A stretch of 64,000 bases of DNA from Balamuthia mandrillaris (taxonomy: Eukaryota), in NCBI GenBank assembly GCA_031835245.2, contig JAVKOQ020000107.1:62001-126000 (forward strand), read 5' to 3'. The position numbers and the translations under genes are program-made. Shown here piece after piece: positions 13,177-25,004 of the stretch (positions are counted from its first letter, which is position 1; every line of letters begins with the position of its first letter). The notes below the pieces were generated by a model. The model ran no database searches. It saw only the letters and a list, made by a program, of their open reading frames with translations, and was not told the origin of the DNA.

Positions 13177-13862
13177 CGAAAGAAAAGAGGAGATGCAGAG
13201 AAGAGGAAAGAGAGAACAAAAGAGAAGCGAGAGAGAGAAGAGGGAACGAGAAAACGAGAGGAGAAGCAGAGAGCTAGAAGAGGTACGTTTGTTTCTCTGG
13301 CTCAATGAAAAGGCAGTGGTCCTCTGCGGTGGAAGAAGTTGACAACGGTTGTTGAAGCTGCGCCACCAACGTGCTACTTTTCTCCGACAATTGTTCAAAA
13401 TGAACGCTCAATGACTCGACCAACGACTCCTTTTCCTCTGATAGATCAAAAAAGGAACATAAACTTATCAGAGGTGATGCGAAAAAAAAAAAGACATGGG
13501 AACACGTTACCAAAAGCTTCCTTTGATAGCACGTCTCTCGTCTCAGTAAAACGGCGCAGCACTTGCACACGTTCTCGCACCTTCGGATCAAAACAAAATA
13601 ACAAAAAAAAACGAATTTTTTTTAAAAAAAACCATTCTAATCGATAGCCGATGCCCTCCTTCGAACGTACTTGATAGAGTTGCTGATGGAGAGCATGAAG
13701 AGCAGCCAGTCCTGCCGCTACCGTTCCGCTTCGATCGGAAAGGCGCACGCCGCCATCATCGCTGCCGCCGTACCTGCCGCCGCCACCGCTGCCATCATCC
13801 CCCTCTTGCGGTTCTGTGGGGCGATAGCCCAGCCCCTCCACCACTCGCAGCAGCGCTTCCAT
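12708..13862 (-). CDS. HAUS2: HAUS augmin-like complex subunit 2 (AUG2-like)
   Basis: LVAQLQQP...CLFIEPEKQ...LLQWGQ and MLSNVAVSLAKCLRY...RRE match my recalled pattern of plant AUG2/animal HAUS2 (ARLQQP..C.PVEAEYQ..FQW; IPVALASCTRY). Confidence 0.65.
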
Positions 13863-14265
13863 TTCGATTTTTTTTTGCTTTTGCTTTTGCTGGCGCAAAA
13901 CAAGTAGGGGTCTCTCCCTGTTCAAAGCAGGGAAGCGCCAATGTTTTTGTTTGGGGATATTTTGGCGGGAATCGTGCGGAACGACCCCTCAAGTATCCCG
14001 CCACACAAGCGAGGAGAGAGGAGAGCAAAGAGAGAATGAGAGAATGAGAGAACGAGAGAATGAGAGAATGAGAGAATGAGAGAATGAGAGAACGAGAGAA
14101 GAAAGAAGAGAGAAGAAAGAGAGAGAAGAGAAGAGAGGACTGATAAAATGTCTGGTAGAGAAACAGGAGAGGCAATTTTTAAAATATCACTTTGTTTGTC
14201 CAAAAAGTTTTAAAGAATTGGCTGAACAATCAGCTGAAGCTTACTAATAAAACACAACATGAAAG

Positions 14266-14307
<42 letters not shown>

Positions 14308-14375
14308 ATAGAACGTCGAAGAAAATGAAATAATTACACATCATGAGAGAAGGGATGAAAGGAAAACGCCCGCTT

Positions 14376-17300
14376 TCATCCAGAAGAGCTCCCATTAGAG
14401 AGGTTAGCACTGACAGAGTGACCATTAGTTTGCCCCAGTTCAGCCGTCAAATCACTGTTGCTCTGCCTCTTCTCCAACAGTTCAACTCCTTGCCGAATGG
14501 TGCGCACTTGCACCAGCACATCCTGCATTTCTTTGAGCATTTCTTCCATGTCTTCGATGGCAACAGTCACCATCTCCACACGTCGTTTGTCTCTTGAAGG
14601 AGTATCGAGTTCCGCTGAGTGTTCCATTAGAGCAGAAGGAGGCAGCAAAGAGGAGGCAGAATAGGAAGAAGAAGAGGGCGAGGAGGAAGTCGAAGAAGAA
14701 GCGGATGAAGAAGACTCAGAGGCAGTAGATGTTTTGTTCTGCTCACTTTCCTCTGGCAAGGATTCCAGGCTATTACCGCTGCAGTTTTCTTTGGCTTTGC
14801 TTTTGCCCTTTGCACTTCCGCCCTTCCGTTTGTTGACTCGAGTCTTTGCTTTGGTGGTGCCCGAAGACGAAGATGTTGATTCATTGGAGGTCAGCTCTGA
14901 AGGAGCACTGCCATCTGAGCTAGACCCAGCAGAGTTGCTGCGTTTGGTCCGAGTCTTTTGTTCTGAGGTAGACTCTATGGAGGTTGAAGATGAAGACGAA
15001 GAGGAAGAGGAGGAAGAGGAAGAGTTTTCATCAGGTAACATAGCTTTCAACAAATCCACAATGTACTCAGCGGTGGGTCTGTTCTCAGGCAGCTGCTGCC
15101 AACAAGAGCGAATAAGGTCGCACCAGAGAGCAACCTCAGGGGACAAGGCCTCACCACCGCCGTTGCTTTGCTCCTCATCAGGAAGGGGAAGCCTAAAGTT
15201 ACGTTTGGCCACTCGCATTGCAGCCACCGCTGGCTGCATGCCTTTATAGGGCTCATCCAAGGTGAGCAGCTCCCACAAGATCACGCCGTAGGAGAACACG
15301 TCTGACACTGGCAGATACTTCTTGTCCACAAAGATCTCGGGTGCCATCCATAGGAAGGATGGAGGACGAGATAATCCAAAGTCGGCTACTCGCACTCTCC
15401 CTTCCCACTTTTTATAGCGTGGGCTTAACGATTTATGTTTGGCGTTGCTGTTGCTTTTCTCGTTGTTGCTGAAAGATGATGAGTTTTCTTCGCCTTTTTG
15501 TTGTTCGCTTCCTGCTCCGCGTTCCTTGTTTGAAGAGAACGAAAGCCGAGGAGCAGGATTCAACAGCACATTTCTGGAGGTGAGGTCCCGATGAACGATG
15601 CAAGGGTCCTGCGAGTGAAGATACTTGAGTGCCTCCGCGATTTGTAGGGCTATCTCGAGGCGCAGTTTGTTGGGGAAAGCAGCAAACGCAGCAGAGGAAA
15701 AGGAAGACGAAGAGGAGGAAGAGGAAGACGAAGGAGAAAGTTTCTTTCTGGTCCGCCGCAGAAAATCTTGCAAGCTGCCGCCTTCCAGATACTCGGTAAT
15801 AATGGAGAGATTGGGAGACTCCGTACAGACGGCAACAGGTAACAAGAGGTAGGGGTGATTCAGCTCACAAAGAGTGCAGCATTGCCGACTAAAGAGTTCT
15901 TGTTGGTGTTGCTTGGAGGGCATGTGACGGCAGACCATCTTCTTGCCCTTCCACGTGCATAGCCGCACTTCCTCGAAAAAGCCTTTCTTCAAGGACTCTC
16001 CCAACTCGATGTCCTTCCAGCTGGTCTCGTACTGGGCCAGACGCTTCTGGATTTGGCTGAACGGCACGCGAGACCTCGTCGAGGAGCCTCTGCGACGGGG
16101 AACGTCCGTAAAGAGGGCAGACTTGCCGGAATTACGAGAGGAAGATGTGGAAGTAGAAGAGGCGGCCATCGTTTCAGCGGAGGATGGGTCCTTCTTGTCT
16201 CCGCTTCGATCGCTGCCGGTCTTTTTACCATCACTACCGCTCTTTGGAGATAAGCTGCTCTGTTCATTGGAATGCCATGAGAGAGAACGTTTTAACGCTG
16301 GCTTTTGGGCATCACTAGTATTGTTCTTCAACGAGAGAATGGCCTCGTAGAGCGTTCGTTTGTGGTCTTCATCCTCAATTCCCATCGCCATCAGGTCTAA
16401 CTCATCCAAAGTTTGAATGGCAGCCATGTCAAAGTAGCCCGACTGAATGAACAGGTCCGTGTACTGCTCCAAGCAGAGCGGCGCCAACCAGTCAAACACA
16501 ACCTGCGTGGGAGAGTGATATTGCTCCGGGGCAATAAAGGGAGTGCGGAAACTGGCGCTGCTAGAGGGGGAGAGGGCATCCAAAAAGAGGACTAGTGTGT
16601 CGAGAAAGTCGTGAGAGTCCTCTAAGGTGGCGTGTGTTGTGCCTTCCAGCTCTACCACCTTCCACACGTTTGGCAATTTCTTTGCTAGTTTCTGCATTCA
16701 CGAGCGAGAGAGTTTACAAACTGTTAAGAACGAAAAGGGCGAACGAGAAGGGAAGAAAATCCGAAAGGAAAAAATACGTACCTTGGAATGAGATCTAGGG
16801 ATAGGGACATCGTCAGCAGCATGCATTACCAACGTGGGACATCGTATCCGCTCTGCTTTCTTTGTAGTTTCAAAGATGTCAGCCATGCCCATATGAAACT
16901 TGCTTCCATCCATGTCCAAAACGGAAGTGATAGGACTTTGTAAAATGAGCGCAGCCAATCCACGTTCCTCCTCTGACTCTCCCAAAGAAGAGGAAGAAAA
17001 GGAAGATGAAGAACTGAAGACGGATGTGACAGATGAAGAGGTGGTGACAGAAAAACTAACAGTGGAAGAAGTTGCGCTGTCACTGCCGCTATCGCCACTG
17101 CTCTCCTCCGCTGGTATCTTACTGCTACTGTTGAAAGGGTTGCTGAGGGAGTGAGATTTTTGGGGTGTGTTTTTCACTTCGCGAATGAGCTTTCTGCCAA
17201 AGTGGCTTATGCGAGAGCCACGGCGTTGTTTGTCCCGTCCTGGATAGATCGAATGTGCCAAGTCTATCGCTGGTCCTGTTCCAAGTGCTTTGCCCATTCT

Positions 17301-17347
<47 letters not shown>

Positions 17348-17914
17348 AGTAAATAAGAGAATGGCCAAAAGAAATAAATAAGCAAAGAAAGTAATTAAAA
17401 ACAACGAGAGAGAGAGAGAGAGAGAAAGCGCACATGATTATCTTATCGGAGGATATGTTTTTGCTTTCGATCAGCCAAGAGTAAACGGTATGGATGTCTT
17501 CATAGCACGCCGCTTCAGAAGGAGCAGCTTTATTCAAGCCATAGCCCGAATAATCAAAGCCGGCCACGTTCACCTGTGTGCCGTCTACAGCTTAGAAATA
17601 AAGAAAAGACAAGAAAGAAAGCGAGAAAGAAACGAACGTGGAGCGTGTCGCGAAGAAGTTCAAGCCACGGTAAAAGGTGGCCGAGATCCCCCATGTTGTC
17701 TTTAGCATAAAGCAAAGTAAACGAGGCGCTATAACGGTGGCGTTAAAAAGAATAATGTGAGCAACAGAACAGAAATAAATGACAAGAATGAACCCATTAC
17801 GGCAAGAGAGAAACAGAGAAGGAGAGAGGAGAGAGAAGAGAAGGGAAGAGAGAGAAGAGAGAAGGGAAGAAACAAGAAACATCGAAAAGAAACAATAAAA
17901 CAAAAGACAGAGAG

Positions 17915-17948
<34 letters not shown>

Positions 17949-18045
17949 ACGAAACAAACAGACGATACGATAATTAACACAACAGCAAGAAAGCAAGAAA
18001 CGACGAGAAAGAAAGAAACGACAAGGCAGAGAAATGACCAGACAA

Positions 18046-18090
<45 letters not shown>

Positions 18091-18338
18091 GCAACAACAA
18101 CAACAACAACAAAAATAAAGGTTCACCTCTGCCCTTCGTCGCCTCTCCATTCCAAAAAAACAGCCGGCACCTGTTTCGCCGACGGAGACGAGGAGGAGGA
18201 AGACGAACCAGGGGAGAGAAGGGTGGAGCTTCGCCCGCCGGAACTGGGTTGGTGGTTGGCCCAGTGAAAGCCTTTCAGGGTTTCATCGTAGGAGAGGGGC
18301 GGAGGTTGATAGACGGCTTTGCTGAGCTCTTGTCCCAT
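14376..18338 (-). CDS. Fusion: ABHD17-like alpha/beta-hydrolase, SAM domain and TKL-group kinase domain; both catalytic domains degenerate
   Basis: MGQELSKAVYQPP..SY; FTLLYAKDNMGDLG; NVAGFDYSGYG..PSEAACYEDI; MGKALGTGP; LILQSPITS; SAM (WLAPLCLEQYTDLFIQSGY..LMAMGI..HKRTLYEAI); kinase HRDLTSRN, DFG, WMAPE, SDVFSYGVILWEL. Confidence 0.85.
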
Positions 18339-18883
18339 TCACTTTTGGTTTTACTATTTTTTGGGGTTTGGGGTTTGGGGTTTGGGTTTGGTAGGGTGTG
18401 GTGTTCCTCTCCCTCCCTTTGATCTTCGCTTCTCCTTTGAATATTTGATTCCAAACCGGATTTTCTTCTTTTATCTTTCAACAAAAAAAAAAAAGACTTG
18501 GTGATAATAAAAAAAGCTGAACCAAAAAAAAAGAAAGAAAGAAGGGGTTGAAGAAAAACCGTTGTTGGTGTTTGCTGGTTGTTGTCCCCCTTCTTCTTCT
18601 TCTTCGTCGTCTTCGTCGTTTTCTCTCTTTCTTTCTTTTTTGGTCCCCAAAACAAAAAAATAAAAAAGCCAAATATATCGCCAAACAATTACACCAGTCG
18701 TTGTAGGGGACAATATTTGCGCCACCCAAGGTACTCGGTCTTGGTGGATTTGTTGTCCAGCGGGAAAACCGACACATCTTATAGCAAAGGATGAGGCGAT
18801 TTTGGCTCTTCTCCGATGCGCGAGGAAGCAATAAAAACCAGAACTCGGGTCGTCATTAAGGTACCAATGGAAAGTCATCGGGG

Positions 18884-18897
18884 TCATGTCGACATGA
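18884..18897. promoter_or_regulatory. Perfect 14-bp palindrome TCATGTCGACATGA, candidate promoter element
   Basis: 48 bp upstream of ATG 18945; the core GTCGACA recurs in other upstream regions (3845, 3919, 41385, 41407, 41433, 48930, 57619). Confidence 0.5.
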
Positions 18898-18944
18898 AAT
18901 TGAAACGCTCCGAAAAGAAAGAGAAGAATCAATCAATCAACAAG

Positions 18945-19262
18945 ATGGGAGGCGGCGCAAGGACCTGGAACCAGTTCCTCATGAACTTGGCTACCAACTA
19001 CAGTCAAAACTTTTGGGGCGGTGTCTTCGGAGCTGCTGGTTCGTCGATCTTTCTCCCCGAAATTAATTGTCTTGTTTGATGGATCTTTTGTGATTGATGT
19101 TTGATTTATTTTTTTGTCCGTGGGGCTCTAGCCATTTTCGTGCCTGCGGTGTTGGTCCCAATGAAGCTTAGCATGCTCAAACGGGAACCCAGAATGAAAC
19201 CCGAACCCAGTACGGTTTTTTTTTTTGCTGCCTACCTTCTCTCTCTCTTTTTTAACGTCGGG

Positions 19263-19311
<49 letters not shown>

Positions 19312-19330
19312 AACAGAGTTCCTCGTGTAA
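18945..19330 (+). CDS. 61-aa single-TM microprotein, possibly complex I accessory subunit NDUFA3/NI9M
   Basis: Exons 18945-19038, 19132-19209 and 19317-19330 with canonical GT-AG introns give MGGGARTWNQFLMNLATNYSQNFWGGVFGAAAIFVPAVLVPMKLSMLKREPRMKPEPKFLV*. Confidence 0.65.
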
Positions 19331-19459
19331 AGTGAGCGGCTCTGTGCTTTTCAACCGCGTTGATCTCTCTTGCTCACAAAAAATAAAGTCAATTTGATCT
19401 GCTTTTTTTTTAGAAACAAGCTTTCGAGTCTAGATGAGTTTTTGTTGGGTTGTTGCATC

Positions 19460-22400
19460 TCACGGCTGTTCCACAATCATCTGAGGAACAAGTAAGGAAG
19501 AAGAAGAAGAAGAGGACGATGAAAACGAAGACGAAGACAACGAGGCAAACGAGGAAGAAGGAGAGGCCAAGGAGGTCAAAGAGGAGGAGGAGGAAGAGGG
19601 CGAGGCAGCCATGCCAAAGGAAGGCGTCGAGGCGGGCGTCATGAAAGCGGCATAGGAAATCGGGTTGTTCTGCTTCTGCAGCTGCGTCTCCAGCTCAAAG
19701 AACCTCTCCTTCTCCACCTGCACCGTGAGGTGCTCCACCAAGCCGCCAAAGAGCTTGTGGACCTTGCGCTGGACCTTTTGCTCGTCCGCCTCGTTTTGTA
19801 TCTGTACATGCATCGTGCCCACGATGACATCGCCCGAGTGCCGCCAAAAGTGGACCTCCCTTACCCCCATTACCACCTCCATTGCCACCACCTTTGTTTC
19901 AACACGAACACACCGAGTTAGAAGAAAAGAAGAAGCAAGAAGAAGAATAAGAAACCTTTTGAACGAGGTTACGCAGATCGCCCTCCATGTTCTCAGGAGT
20001 TCGTTGGGCAAGCGTGGCCGCTGAGCCCTTCAACAGCGGGATGATGCTCAGCAGGATGAGCAGCGCAATACAAAACGAGCAGATAGGGTCGGCGATGGCC
20101 CAGTCAAAGTACATCACGCAGAGAGAGGAGATGATGACGCCGACGCTTCCCAACGTGTCGGCCATGACGTGCAGCCAAATGCCGCTGAGGTTCTCGCTGA
20201 TGCCGCCGCTGATCATTTCCTTGGCTTTGTTCCAGGGTTGCAGAAGGATGGCCTTCCAGGTATTATTGTTGGAGTTGTTGTTATGGAAGAGGTCTTCTTC
20301 TTTCTCATGGTGGTGATGGTGGAAGTCGTCGTATTTTTTGCTGTCTTTTCGGTGATGAGGGTGAGAATGTTGATGAGAGTGTGCATGGGAATGTTGTTCT
20401 GCCTCGAAATGATGAGAGTGTGCATGGGAGTGAGAGTGAGAATGATCGTCATGGTGTTCGTCATGGCCGTGTCCATGAGAGTGAGCATGTCCATGGCCAT
20501 GCTTCTTTTTCTTCGAGTGAGAGTGGGAATGAGAATGAGAGTGTCCATGACTTTCGCCTCCGTGAGAGTGACCGTGAGAATGTCCGTGAGAGAAAGCAAA
20601 GACACCGACGAGATTGACCAAAAGTCCTAAAAAGGAGACCAAGAGGAGCCGCTCGGTGTCGATCTTGGGAGGCTCCAGGAAGCGTTCGATGGACTCGAGC
20701 AGCACGAAGAAGGCAATACACACCAGGAAGACAGAGTTAACAAAGCCGGAGAGCACCTCCACACGAGCATATCTGCAATGACAATGTCAGAGCGATAAGC
20801 AAAGAAGGGAAAGAAGGGAGGGAAGAATACCCATAGGTAAAGACTTGGTTGGCTTCCCACTTGGAAATTACTGAGGCATAGAGACCGATGAGCAAAGCCG
20901 TACAGTCGAACAACATGTGGAACGCGTCCGAGATAAGGCCAAGACTGTTGGTCCAAAAGCCATACACCATCTCCACAAACATGAACGTAAGGTTCAACAG
21001 AAGGAAGCCAAAGATGCTGCGAGACTCTCCGTTGCGGATGATCTCGTGGAGGGAGGCTTTCAGGAACTGCCACACCCGCCGAGAGGTAACTGAGTAATGA
21101 GCGGAGAGGGCGCCACTGTGGAGGGGCAAATCCGCAAGACCGCCTTTGCTTTTTTCTCTTCCCTCCAATCCGAATCGAAGATACACACCTTTGGATTTTT
21201 GATTAAAGCAAGTAAGAAATAGAACAAAGAAGAAAGAAAGAAACGACAAGGAAGAACAAGAAACGTATGGAGATCATACCAAACAAAAGCACAACAAAGC
21301 AAAATAGGTTAAGAAAAGCAAAGCCAGGTCCTTGGTTCCACCACTCAGAGAGAAAAGCAAATGCACAGCAGCTGATAAGACCTGTCATAACAACAGCGCT
21401 AGTGGCACCAATCTTGGCGTGCGAGATGATATCCACGTAGTAATCAAATACTAAGAAAAAGACAGAGAATATCACAATCGAGATCACCGTTCCAAACGAG
21501 AACTCAAACGTTGGAGCCTTTAAAGCGAAACAGAGACAAAAGAAATAAATAACAGACAAAAATAGGAAAGCAGAGAGAGTATCAGAAAGGGGAACAAAAA
21601 GAAGACAGAAAGAACGAAGCAAAGGTGTACCGTAAAGTATTTGTAGACAGCAAAAGGGAAGAGCATGACCGCGCCAGCTCCAAGTGAGAGGGAATGCAGC
21701 CGCTTGGAGGTTCCCACTTGAGCAGAAATCTTCCTTACGTATTGCTTGCGAGCAAATGAGATCATGATTGCTATCACAACATTCACAGCGCCATAGAGAC
21801 CCTCTGGTACGGGAATTCCAGCCACCGTGGGAGCTGTTGCTGCAATTGTTTCTTCTGTTGCCCTTCGCTCCTCCTCGTCTCCCGTGTTTGTGTTGCTTGT
21901 TTGTGTAGGAGTGCTGTTGCTGCCATGAAAATTGACCAAGAATAGAATAAAGTAGGCTGCTAAACAAACCAGTGCTCCTCGTGTCTACTCCAACAAAGGG
22001 AATGAGACATCCACACTGAAACTAAACGAGCTCTCATTGTTGTCATTTTTTAAAATAGGTACCTTGGTTTTGTTACCACGTTTATTGGCAGAGAATAGAG
22101 GAGCCAGTATGATGTCCGTGTACTCTGCTGTCAGGATTGTGCTACCAGAAAAGGTACAACATAAGAGACAGATAGAACAGAGAGAAAGAGCGAGATAACG
22201 CGTGAACGTAAGAGGAGAATATAAAGAAAACAGGAGACCAACAGAAAGAGAAAAGAGCAAATGGAGAAAAGCAACGGTGAAGAGACAAAGGGGAATGCTT
22301 ACGCAATAGGGCCATAGTACTGAAGTCCATTGTGATAAAAATAAGCGCCCAACACGTACAAAAACGCGTTGAAAACAATTCTACTCCACTTTTTGTACAA

Positions 22401-22725
22401 GAAAGAAGGGACGTGCCAGTGAGTAAACGGACAGACAGAGAGAAAAGAGAGCTAGTGAAAGGAGAAGGAAAGGAGAGAGATAGAAAGAGAGAGGAGAGAA
22501 CGAAAGGACAAGCAGAGAGCTAGAGAGAAGAATGAAAACCTGTTGCGGCTGGAGACGTTTGCCGAGCCAAGGCCGCTGTGAGAGGAAGAAAAAGAGGGCG
22601 GCCCCCAGCAACAGGAAGAAGAGATAGAGCTCCACGGGCACACCGCTGGCCAACATGGCTGCCGCTGAAAAGATGGAAAAGGACTTGAAGCATTTGGCAC
22701 CGGCCAGCAGGATCAATGGCCACAT
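19460..22725 (-). CDS. SLC30A5: Cation diffusion facilitator zinc transporter, ZnT5/Msc2 type (extra N-terminal TMs, long His-rich loop)
   Basis: SRSIFGFLLLNLTFMFVEMVYGFWTNSLGLISDAFHMLFDC, FTYGY..VEVLSGFVN, His-rich loop, GIWLHVMADTLGSVGVI, ADPICS, VHFW; N-terminal multi-TM extension. Confidence 0.92.
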
Positions 22726-23281
22726 TCTATTATTTATTTTTTTTTGAAATGGGCATTAAGGAGTGAGTGAGTGCTTTTGACTTTTTTTTGTTTGTTTTGA
22801 TGGAATGACATTGGAATCAATCCCTCCCCACTCACAGCAACGAAACGTACTTTGTGGAAGAGTCACCGCCACCACCGTCGTCCAACATTTTTTTTTTAAA
22901 AAACAACAACAACAACAACAAGGGAAGGAGGGGGGTGAGAGGGAAAAAAACAAAAAGGGTGAAAGATCGTTCACCTGAAAGAAAGAGAAAGAGAGAGGGT
23001 GAGGGTGAGGGTGTTTCTTTCTTCTTTGCTGTTTCTCTTCTTTCTTCTTCTTTCTTTGTTTTTTTGTTGTTGGAAACCCCCTCACCAAAGAACAGGATAA
23101 AGAATTTTTCGCTGGATGAAAGGGGACAATCAAGGATTGGGAAACATCGGTCAGGAGCACTTTGTGTCCTGGATAGAACCGTCGACCAATCACAAATCGA
23201 AAATGTTAGATCATGAGATTCAGGTCGTCATGAAACTAGGTCCTTGCGAGGGGAAAATAAAAAGCAATGAAGAGGAAAGAG

Positions 23282-24960
23282 ATGGCTTCGCCGATGGAAG
23301 AAGCTCCGCTCCGCAACACCGTCGGCGATGAGTTTGAACAACCGGTACGTGTTCTTTTTTTCCCCTCTTTTTTATAATATTGTTTTTTTCTGGGTCCACG
23401 TTGATGTTTGTTGTTGCAATTTTTTTTTTTGAATTTTATCAGCCGTCATCTCTTTCTTTGCTGCAGTTGCCACAAGAGGTACTTCTTCGGTACGAACAAA
23501 AAAAAAAAAAAATGAAACCAAGCTTTGTCTCTTCATGCTTGCCTTGACTTTTCTCTTTTTGCTCAACACTTTTATTCTCTTGGGTTTTGTTTGCCGGTTG
23601 GTGCATCCCTGCAGCACGTTCAGTTTCTTGCCGGTGAAGGACGTTGCCAATGTATCATTGACCTGCCACGAATGCAAAAACTTGGCGTACACTCTATCGT
23701 TCTTTTTTCCCTCTGCCTTCTTTGCTCTTCTATTCCTTTCTACTCGCTTCTCTCTCCCCTCTCTCTTTTCTCCCTCTCGTATCGTCTCCTTTCTTCTTGT
23801 TCTTGTTCTTGTTCTTGTTCTTGTTCTTGTTCTTGTTCTTGTTCTTGTTCTTGTTCTTCTTCTTCTTCTTCTTCTTCTTCTTCTTGTTCTTCTTCTTGTT
23901 CTTCTTCTTCTTCGTCTTGTTCTTCTTCTTCTTGTTCTTGTTCTTCTTCTTCTTCTTCTTCTTCTTCTTCTTCTTCTTCTTCTTCTTCTTCTTCTTCTTC
24001 TTCTTCTTCTTCTTCTTCTTCTTCTTCTTCTTCTTCTTCTTCTTCTTCTTCTTCTTGTTCTTGTTCTTCTTGTTCTTCTTCTTCTTCTTCTTCTTGTTCT
24101 TCTTCTTCTTCTTCTTCTTGTTCTTCTTGTTCTTCTTCTTGTTCTTCTTCTTCTTGTTCTTCTTCTTGTTCTTCTTCTTGTTCTTCTTCTTCTTCTTCTT
24201 CTGTCTTTTCTTGCTGCATGCTTTGCCTCCATTTCATTCTTATATGTTTAAAACAAAAGAGAGGACGACATTTATTTGTGGAGGAAACTGGCCAAGAGAG
24301 TGATGCCGCCCGAATGGAGGCACCATAAAGCCAATGACAAACGCAAGGAGCCTTCAAACAACAATCAGTCCCGAGCAGGAGCGGAAGAACAACAACAGTC
24401 TTCAAACTCCACCGCACAGACAGACCAACCGCAAAATGAAGAAGAACAGGAGGAGGAGGCGGAGCAGGAAGATTTGTCAAAGGTAACCCAGTTGCCTCCT
24501 TATCAGCTCCCCAAGAATCCCTTTCCGGATAGGTACAGCCATCTTTTTCTTAGAGGAGAAGGTGGTTGAAGAACGAAGAAAGAAGGCAGCAAGAAAGCAA
24601 AAAGGCAAAACAAAGGAGAGAGGGAGGAAGAAGAACAATTCTAATTTTTTTCTTCACCACAGGACATGGAAATGGTTGTATAAGTGTTTGACGATACCTG
24701 TCGAACCAAAGAACGAATTCACCGGTACGGGAGTTCACGTCCAACCCAAGGAGGGTACCTACAGAGGAGAGTGGAAGGACGGTAAAAAGCACGGCAAAGG
24801 CCATTACACCTACGGCGAAGACCAAGCTGCCGTTTACGTTGGAGATTGGGAGGAGGATAAGCAGAGCGGAGAGGGCGTGTTGGCATGGAGGGATGGAGGC
24901 TATTACAAGGGCTCATGGAAGAATGGCGCTCAAGAAGGCTTTGGTGTATTCGTTTCGTAT

Positions 24961-25004
<44 letters not shown>

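Noticed and set aside
23372..24480. Long poly-Arg/Ser/Leu/Phe/Glu ORFs in several frames
   Set aside because: Artefacts of a stop-free intronic (CTT)n microsatellite.
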